A DNA stretch of 64,000 nt from contig NC_043000.1 of NCBI RefSeq assembly GCF_006345805.1, forward strand, positions 52,142,001-52,206,000, read 5' to 3'. The stretch comes from Octopus sinensis (lineage: Eukaryota). How positions within the stretch are numbered: the stretch's first letter is position 1; each line of letters opens with the position of its first letter. Position numbers and translations under genes: made by a program. This document shows, in pieces, positions 54,946-64,000 of this stretch. The notes under the pieces are model-generated. The model was given only the letters and a program-made list of their open reading frames with translations, ran no database searches and was not told the origin of the DNA.

Positions 54946-56353
54946 ATGTAAGTAATGGTGTTTGTTGTGCATCAATTAGGTTTCTATTGTAAACATTTAC
55001 TCTTATTTGGCATGCTATTCTTCTTGGTAAATATATGAACATTACTTATTTCATCGTTTTCTTTGCTCAAAATATATCAACTTTCACCGTAAGCAAAACG
55101 AAACTAGGATGCAATACTGTAAGTTTAAACAGTGTTCTGACAAATTTAATTGAACAAATAAATGTATTATAAGCAAAAACTTATACTTGATTGACTATTT
55201 TACAAAAAAGGGTTAGAAATACCTGTAACTATTTCCATATTACATAAAGCAACAGACTGAATATCTATTTTCATCGGTCTTCCTATTATTTAGTTAACCA
55301 AAATATACTTTCTATGGAAAAGGTTAATCAAAGTGGGTAACTTTGAGTAAGGTTGGCACACGTACGCTAACCTAGGCACACTTCATTATAAAATTAAAAT
55401 TAGCGTAACAGGTACTGTAAACTCGTACAATGAATAGACACACATACACAAATCATATACATAAATGTGTGCATTCATGCAAACACACTTACATACATAC
55501 ACACATACATACATACATATATACATACATACATACATGATTACATACATACATATATACATACTTACATATGTGCATATATGTATATATGTTTGTGTGC
55601 GTGTCTTATTTAAGAAAGATAGGAACAAACATTGGTAAAAATAAAATGAATTTTAAAATAAATCATTCAGTTTTTGTTGGCAATGACAGAGAAACCGTTA
55701 TATATTCCTTTATAGCTAACTGAAGTTGTGGATTGAAAATAAGTATCAAAAAATGTTTCTTGCTTTTGCAGAATTTAATTTAGTCAGGCGTATATATTCA
55801 ATTAAAATAAATTAAGGAAAGAAACCGAAATTGCTTTAAAATTTTTCAAAAATACGCAGACAGAAAATGTTTTTTTTCTCTATTCGTAATGAAATGTAAT
55901 ATAATTATAAACATTTATAAAATTTAAATTGAATTTCTTGACAGATGCCCCAACTTCTATCCAAAGGAACAAAAAAAGAAAGAAAGAATTTTCAAGTAAT
56001 TATATCGTAAAATTAATATCTGGAAAAAAGTATTGCACCTGAAAGAAATTGATACTTATTTAAATAATTCAAAAGGAAAATGATAATACACAATTCACTG
56101 TAATATTGAAATTGTATATACGGTGACCTACGTACAGTAACACAAAATCTCAGCTTGTTCTGAGTCTATAATGCGATTTCGATTACAGGCTGGAGAAAAT
56201 ATAATTCATTTACTACGTGAAAGATATTGTAAAATACACAAATATCCTATTTTCGCATTATATTTCTTGGATATATTAAATTTCTATTTATAGAACAAAA
56301 AGTAAACAAACAATAAAGCAAATACTGGATAATTTCCGTTCCACATCGACACG

Positions 56354-56427
56354 TGCTTTATTTTTCATACAATATGACATGCTTTATTTTTCATACAATA
56401 TGACATTCTTTATTTTTCATACAATAT
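56354..56427. repeat. 26-bp minisatellite, ~2.8 copies
   Basis: tgctttatttttcatacaatatgaca twice plus a partial copy. Confidence 0.95.
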
Positions 56428-57939
56428 TTTTTGTAATATCTCATGTGATATGACCCATACATTAATTACATAGGGAACACCTATTATTTTATAAAGAGCC
56501 TGATGGGAGTAAGGGAAGATAATAGCAATTTATCGTCAGAATAAATGCTTGCAAACAACGTGAACCGTATTAAATGCAGGTGTGAGGTATTGTTAAACAG
56601 AGCGACGCATTAAGTCTATTGCCATCTAAAACATAAAACTATTTATCGTTCTCTTTCTTCCACCCTTTCTTCCTCCCTTTCATTCTTTCTCACGCGCGCA
56701 CAGCTACACCCACACACACACCCTAACGTCATCTGTAATTGCTGACACGAAATGAAAATCTATATTGCATTTGAATTTTTTGGATTTTTGCGATGCTAGT
56801 ATTGTTCCTATCTGTCACTAGCACCTAACAACGCTGTTTACTGAAGTTATATAAAACCTGCTTGTCTTGAATTTCTACACGGGACGCAGCACACATCGCA
56901 CATTTGTGATTCTTTAAAACTTTCAGAAATAACTCAGGCATAAGCAAATAATGAAAAATATATTAAGAGCCGGTCGATGTCTTTTATTATCCGAAATACT
57001 GAAATGGCATTCTTGGCGCATTCATTATGTTTTTATGAAGAGTCTGCAAATTTAATGGCGTCAGCTGTATGTCTAAATGTCTCATAATGGTAAATAGAAT
57101 TAGCTCGGGGAATCCAATTTTGTAAGGTAAAGAGAACTGAATTACCCAATAGACCTGTCTGTTTCAAGAATTCTGTATTCAGTCATGGTCAATATAATTC
57201 TTGATTTTGTACAGTTTTGTCTTGTCAGTTGACTAGATGTTTCTATCATCAATGTTGGCTACTATTGCAAAACGGGCCATTTGCAGTTACGGCTATGCGC
57301 AGTAAAATATTCAATATCATGTCTGTCAATGAAAAAGGAGACTGTAAGTTTGAAGTTTTTGTTCAGTAATATTTGATGTCCTGACCTTCTTATCAATCAA
57401 TAAGAAGTGCAACGAAAATCCGTTTACTATTAATATCTTTCCAAGCTGTCAACTTCGAGATTCGGCTCTGACTTTTGACAAAGATGATGCAAAATAATAT
57501 CTTATGGCTGAGTACAAATATACATGCACAATGCGCACGTATGTATGTATGTATGAATGTATGTATGTATGTATGTATTTATGTATGTATGTAGGTATGC
57601 ATGCATGCGTACATGTATGTATGTATGTATGGATGTATGTATGGATGGATGGATGCATGCATGCATGCATGTATGCGTGCATGTATGTATGTGTGTATGT
57701 ATGTATGTGTGAGTGTATGTTTAATTTAAGTTCTTGAGTGATTTCGAGACTTGAGTTAAGAGAGCCCCGATCTTTATAAACATGTGGTTAAATTGGTGTT
57801 TTAGCTGAACTCTCGATACATACGCGCAAGTGTGTGCATCTATTCACATTAGAATCTCACATTGAGAATTTCTGGAATGTTTTACACATCTTCACCGCGC
57901 CACTAATAGATTGGATTTCGAGAATCAGCGTTTCGTTTA

Positions 57940-59300
57940 CACGTTTTCTGTGAAACCAAGTGTTTCTAGATTTTTGTGCAACTTTGTTGGTACATCACCT
58001 AATGCACCTATAATGATAAGTACATGTGAGTATTCATAATCAGAGGACAAGAGCTGTAAGTTCCATATTAATATGTCATAAATGTTCTCTTTTTCCTAGA
58101 CTAGTGAATGTATATTTACATCTACTTGGACCTCTACAGCAGTGTATAACTTTCTCTGTCCCGTAGAACACTATCAGCTGTGTGATGTTTGCACTGAATT
58201 AATGTTTTTATTGGGATGTTCCATCAGTATTCCTGGTTTTTAAAGATGTGAATACCTGATAGCTCTGACATGCATTTGATGTACACGCCAGGACAGGTCT
58301 TCCTACACGTAGCATTATAAATAGTCTTTGCAACAATATCATGCATGAGAGGGAGGCAGTACATGGTAGACATTTTGGGGCAACTACTGATGATGTGGTT
58401 GATATCTTCCACACTGGTATAGCAGAGGCAATATTTCTTTTCATCAAAACATGGAGGTTTGGTGTTAAACGTGTCCTTTTTTGTTTATCAGGTATTTAGT
58501 AGCCATTTCCTGTCCCAGGATAGTGAAAATATATCCTTTTGGGTAGACTGTAATGTATTTATCACGGGTCCTGGAGAGGATACTTTCCCTGTCAATGCTG
58601 TTGTAGCCCTCTAGTTTACGGGATATGTACTCATGCATTGCTTTCCGTTGGCGTGGTGCCTACTTCTTCTTCAAGCTTCCGTTTAAGTAAGCATGTCCAG
58701 CCTCCTTTGGGTCGCATGAGACAGTTATACTCCAAGTAACGGCACAGTAGGTCTTCTCCAACACGGAAAATGTTGTTACTCTCAATTTTTAGTATGCATG
58801 GAATATACTCATTTCTTTCTTTAATGTTCAGCAGGTGCTGTCTGAGTGATCCAATGCAACATTCAAAGGCTTATGCCTCTACTGCTATCACTTCCTCCTG
58901 TCGGTGTCACATAAATCCTATCAGTGTCACTGTTAATGTGGAAGTGACTAGTAGCGGTCAGTATCTTTTTGGTTCTGATAGCTAGGCTACGTTTCTTATC
59001 GAGTATCCAGTTCAATATCCCAAATATTTGTACTATCACTGGTACTGCTAAATCATTGTGTGATATGGTCTTGTGAAATGCAAACAGCTCTGAGTTCCAT
59101 ATTTTCCGGAGTCTAGAGAAGTACTCTTTTGTTATTCTAGTTTTAGTCACAGCACCAATGTAGGCAACATTCTCATCAATTCCGAGGTATTTGTAGCTTT
59201 CATCATTAGAAATGGAGGAGATAGACAAGCCGTTGATGTACATGATCTCTGCCAAGTCGACAATCAGTTGACTATCATGTATGAGCCTTTATCCTACCCA
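57940..59300 (-). mobile_element. R4-clade LINE remnant (RT thumb, zinc finger, RLE domain)
   Basis: SYKYLGIDE, KEYFSRLRKIWNSEL, EDINHIISSCPKM...HDIVAK, WNIPIKT and LIIIGALGDVP, in order on the minus strand. Confidence 0.88.
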
Positions 59301-59764
59301 TGCTCTATTCTTATATCTCGTGAGAATATTGTGACTAGTTCTATTCTAAGAACATATGGTAGTAACCACTGACATACCGGAAAAACGGTTAAGCATCTTC
59401 GAAAGATAAGAGGACTGCTCAGAAAGACGAGCTGACAATAGACTGTCGGAGGATACGGACTTACAATCTCCACCTCTGTAATCTGATATAACATCTACCA
59501 ATGTGAATGACTAGTTGAAAATCAATCGAACCTAGTTATCAATACGTAAATGAACTTGGAAATGAACATGGCTATTCCTTCGAACACCGAACAAAGTGCA
59601 AAATAACTATGGATGCAATATGTGCCGTGCATTTACTACTGACGGAAGGTTAAAGATACATCAGAGAAAGACTTATATGAAAGGGAGAGAGAGTAGTGTG
59701 GGTCATCCCCAGACTTAAATTTCCCTTTATTTAACGGTCATTTTCATAGCAATTTTGTTTGTCT

Positions 59765-59833
59765 TAATAACTGACGAGGTGTCGGAGCAGTCTTCCGCCG
59801 CGACATCCGAAACTCCGAAACTGAGTTTTATTA
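59765..59833 (+). ncRNA. Type-I hammerhead ribozyme motif (canonical core, GUU site)
   Basis: taataa-CTGACGA-ggtgtcg[16 nt]cgacatcc-GAAA-ctc cgaaact gag-TT-ttatta. All three stems can form. Confidence 0.8.
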
Positions 59834-59857
59834 TGGCAACCGACTACTTTGTCACAT

Positions 59858-59908
<51 letters not shown>

Positions 59909-60537
59909 GGCAAAATGCAGAAAATATGGTAGATTATACTCGTGAATGGGAAAATATATTCTTCACTTGCTTAATTATAGCATCCATGATCGATAATGTA
60001 GAATAGTTGTTACATATTGAATGAGGCATATTATAATTGAAAGGAAACTTTACAGACAATTTTTTTTATTATCCCTGCAATTTCATATAGTGTAGAAACA
60101 AAAACCCTCTCGGCTGCTCTAGAAAACAAGCTGAAAAACATCAGCAAGCTCACGAACGCATCCTACTTGTAATAACGTAGGAAAAAACATAAAACAAAAT
60201 GAACTAGAAAACGAAGAAACCTGAATAATATTGCAGACTTCATGAATTTATTTAAATGAAGGCCGGTAGACATTTACCATGTACCTGTAATAATATATAA
60301 AGAAAAATACTGAAGACTGAAAAATTGTAAACAAACAGAAGACGATGATAATTTAGAAAGTATGAAGTGTTTAGATGTAACATAAAATGATTAGATCCCG
60401 GGCATACTTAACGTGAAGTTAAACGGAAATAAGAAAGCATTAACTCAGTAGTGGGAGCAATTTATATATATTTTTTATTCTACCGTATATATATGATAGA
60501 ATAAGAAACAGAAAGTGCTTGATACAGCATTATATAT

Positions 60538-60767
60538 TTGAAAAAAAATAGCTTTTCTGATAATTTTTCCACTTTAATATTTAAATGTTTATAACATTAG
60601 GTATTTATAAATGGTGACTCTCATAGGAGTTTCTTCCTTACAAGCGATTTTCAAACTTAGATTCTTTGTTTTCGGGTTCATTTTCAAACGCAGCTAATAC
60701 CTTATAAACACCTGATTATTAAAGTGGAAAAATTATCAGAAAAGCCATTTCTATTAATTTTTTCAAT
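60538..60767. mobile_element. Short inverted-repeat (MITE/foldback-like) element
   Basis: Perfect 29-bp inverted repeat 60551-60579 / 60717-60745, with further imperfect pairing inside and outside. Confidence 0.6.
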
Positions 60768-60910
60768 AATACATACATACATTTATACACACACACACAT
60801 ACATGTATATACAATTAATAATAAAGATTTTAGAAAGTTTTACTACCAGTGGCCTAGTGTGTAGAGAAATTATTATATAGTCAATATACTATATAATATT
60901 CCTATAAATA

Positions 60911-61143
60911 CAGTGTACACTTAAACACATAGGAGGTATCCGCCATAGGATTACTGGCACACTAGAAGGAACAGCCTAAGTCCAAACCACTATTAGGGAT
61001 AAAACTTCGAAGGAAATGAAAAATAAAAAACATTAACCATCTGTCTTCTGGACCATGGTTTCTGACTTTTTTTAGCAAATGAAATAATTTGCTAGGCGAA
61101 GTCTTCATCAACGGATACCTCTTATGTGTTTAAATGTTCACTG
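60911..61143. mobile_element. 233-bp element with 32-bp inverted termini (CAGTG...CACTG, TA flanks) enclosing a minus-strand hammerhead motif
   Basis: 60911-60942 vs 61112-61143 pair 29/32. HHR at 61047-61115. Confidence 0.75.
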
Positions 61144-61156
61144 TATATATATATAT

Positions 61157-61750
61157 AAACTTAATAAGCTTAGATAAACTTAGATATGTTTCGACCAAAG
61201 ATTGGTCCAGGCCATGTCTAACTTAATAGCACCACCTGATAGGATTATTCGAATCCTGTTTAAGGCAAGTTTTGTTTTTGTTTAAGTCAAGTTTTGTTCA
61301 AGTAGTGAGTTCTTGTTGGGTGAGTTGTATCAAGTTTTGTTCAAGTAGTGAGTTCTTGTTGGGTGAGTTGTATCCAATTATGGGTGGCTTATCTGGTATT
61401 CTTTGAAGGAATCTATCCAGACTCCGTTTAAAGTTGATGGGATCCTTCTCCTCTTTGGACAATGTTAAATAGGGCAGGGCCTGTTGAGGAAAAGAAATTA
61501 TGTTGCAGTGTACATGTATGTTGTGATCTTGAATTGGGCAGGAGACGTATGGCCCGTGGTCCCAGTCTTGGATGAACCTTGAAGCTAATGTTAAGGTCGT
61601 TTGGGCAAAGTTGGCGGTATATTCTCCACATCGTACAAATGATGTACCGCTCACGGAGACGCTGGAGGGAGTAAAGTTTCAAGGGTTTAAGGCGATCCCA
61701 AAAATTGAGAGCAGCCATGCCTTTAATTCGTTTAGTGAGTGCCCTCTGGG

Positions 61751-61753
<3 letters not shown>
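61157..61753 (-). mobile_element. CR1/L2-like LINE 3' end (RT C-terminus and 3' UTR) within (TA)n
   Basis: PQRALTKRIKGM...FWDRLKPLKLYSLQRLRERYII...GPALFN...[16 protein letters not shown]. (TA)n on both flanks. Confidence 0.88.
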
Positions 61754-61787
<34 letters not shown>

Positions 61788-62192
61788 AAAATATAATGTT
61801 TTTGAATGGCACAACAGTGCACTATAATAACAGCAATTGACTATAACAACTGTTATAATTTAATCATCCATAGTCTGATATATTATTTCGGAATACAAAA
61901 CTTCCTTCTTTAGATATCCGGACAAATTGATCGAGTCGCTGCTTTAATAGGTGTTCCAATGTTATGTTTTTCGGAGGCGTCTATGCAGTGATCTGACGAA
62001 GCTCCTTTCGGAATTCCTCATGAGAAGTGCGTGAGGGCGGCCATGTCTCAAGCTCGTGTGTGCTGGCACATCTGTAGCGCTGCTTCTAATTTATGTATAA
62101 TACGTGCAGTTTCCCTGTATTCTTCCTTTTTTTAAAAAATAATAATACATGTCCATGTTATCAAAAATGAACCTACCCACATCCAGATGTAG

Positions 62193-62354
62193 CTAACTAA
62201 TATATTGACTGCCAACCTCCAGCCTGTTGTTATCTTGGGGCCCTAGTCTGTCTATGACGATAGCTTCCTTAATTCTTAGATTACCCAAATTTCTTTCATT
62301 GGCTACAATTGTGACTGTTATGCTTTTTTCGGTGTTCCGGCATCTGTCTAGATG
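62193..62354 (-). pseudogene. Penelope-like GIY-YIG endonuclease C-terminal fragment
   Basis: Stop-free HLDRCRNTEKSITVTIVANERNLGNLRIKEAIVIDRLGPQDNNRLEVGSQYIS* matches the PLE pattern H..C...I...E......IKEA..I....P..N. It is absent from the ORF track (no start codon). Confidence 0.7.
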
Positions 62355-62749
62355 TATGTATGTATGTATGTATGTATGTATGTATGTATGTATGTATGTA
62401 TGTATGTATGTGTGTGTGTATGCATGTATGTTTATGCATGTTTATGCATGTTTATACATATATATATATATATATATATGTATGTATATATGTGTGTGTA
62501 TGTGTGCATGGGTATGTATATATGTGGAATAGAGCGTTCATCTGTTGGTGTGTGGCTTGCTTTCTAGCCATCACGAGTGGTGTGCTTCACTTTGATATGG
62601 CTCTATCTTTAAAAAGAAATTCAGTGTAAACACACACACAGACATACACACACACACACTCACACACACATAATACATACATGAATAAATACGTGTAATC
62701 ATGCATTTTCTTTTTTAATTTAGATCTAATTTTGAACACACTCATGCTT

Positions 62750-63340
62750 GTTCACAAGAGTATAAAGGAAAGCATCTTGCTCAGTTCACCATTAAGGTCT
62801 TTCAGATTTTTGTTGTCCCAGATATCGTTATCATTTGTAGCATAAACATGAGAACTTGCATTTTCTTCCCAAGGCCCCAAGTTCAACCAGGCCTTGCCCC
62901 AGTTCGCTTCAATAATTATGAAACTGAAAGTCCATCGTGAGTAGTGGATTTGTAAATTCGTATCTAACGGTTTATATAAGTTTTTTGTCCAGAAGCAGAT
63001 GATTTCCACAACAGAGTATATTTACTCATGGTCCTACGCAACATTAACTGGCCTGATATATTTTATCGTGACGGCTGTTTTAATTTTTAAGCCTCACCAA
63101 TATTCTTTTGATCCATAGGTCTCAACAAAGGCCGATGTCCCAGATTATTGTCCTCTTCATGTTGTCTCAGCTTTTGTCTTTCACAGCCTATTTTTATTGT
63201 TCGGCCATATATTTTGCCTGTTATGTTGCACATACTTGGCATGAACCTTTTGTTCTTGGACCCCCATGGAGGTTTCTTTTAAAGTAGTATGACATAATCT
63301 TATCGGCACTCCATGTACAACTTTTGATGCGATGGCTTTT
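62750..63340 (-). mobile_element. Possible highly decayed reverse transcriptase (PLE-like) upstream of the GIY-YIG fragment
   Basis: Scattered fragments KVVHGVPIRL (cf. KIHK.GVP.RPI) and LYKPLD (cf. LYKQ.DG), plus a possible decayed YxDD region. Needs multiple frameshifts. Confidence 0.3.
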
Positions 63341-64000
63341 CAGAGAGCAGTAGCATTTAAATTTTTATTTTTACATATATATTGAATTTACAAAACACCT
63401 TGGGGATAGATTTGCACGAGTTGTTATTTCATGCTTTTCTGCAGTTCATTAACTATCATAATATTGTTATTGTGTTTGTGCTAGCAAGCTTAGGTAAGAA
63501 AATTACTGGCTTCTTTCCTCTGCTGCAGATGTTGCTTCGGTGTCACTATACGTGCTTCATACTCTCTCAATACAGATTTAAGAAATATAGCCTGCCTAAA
63601 TATACATTGATATGCAAGTTTCCAGTAGAAGTCGTTTGCGAGTTCGTTCGTCTATCTCACTGAGTTCAAATGTGTTTGAATTTGTTTTGTAAGAATTTCA
63701 ATGTGAAATCGTATATTGAAACCTATAATGTTGGATTTATATCTATAATATTCATAATGCTAATAAACGCACGCACAATTTGTAGTCAGTTTTCGTTTCA
63801 GTTTTATTAGTTACCATCACATTATTCTTAATATAAACCCTAAATGAGGAAGATATGAAATACTCCGAGAATAACTTTCTTATAAGTAGTAAGAGAATGA
63901 AAGATCATTCATTGCTAAAAGGAATTAAAATATTCTTATGAATTTAGTGTTATTGGATATTTGAAGGTAAAACTATATTGTCTATGCCCCTACTGACATC

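Noticed and set aside
56354-56427. Short direct repeats considered as CRISPR-like
   Set aside because: The repeats are head-to-tail with no spacers, in a eukaryotic context, so this is a minisatellite.
61985-62030. CTGACGA followed by a small hairpin and the palindrome CTCATGAG
   Set aside because: There is no GAAA in register and no stem I on either strand.

Overview
This is AT-rich, microsatellite-dense eukaryotic DNA, most likely a large intron or intergenic region. The SINE repertoire resembles octopus/cephalopod repeats (inference from recognition, not a search). I found no intact protein-coding gene, rRNA, true tRNA or CRISPR array, and most ORF-track entries are translated simple repeats. 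The window is a mosaic of decayed transposons: three tRNA-headed SINE families; R4/Dong-type, RTE, CR1/L2 and L1/Tx1 LINE fragments; three mariners; autonomous and non-autonomous Helitron remnants; and Penelope-like (PLE) remnants. One 72-nt candidate exon matches the M1-aminopeptidase N-terminal pattern. The main signal not explained by ORFs is RNA-structural: seven loci fold by eye into type-I hammerhead ribozyme (HHR) motifs, four essentially complete and three decayed or reconstructable. Several have palindromic stem III, three sit in inverted-repeat structures, and most lie near (TA)n tracts. Three loci with unrelated sequences share an unusual A...A apposition at the base of stem II. HHRs in PLEs are known in general; these variants and their activity are untested inference. 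All coordinates and folds were derived by eye.
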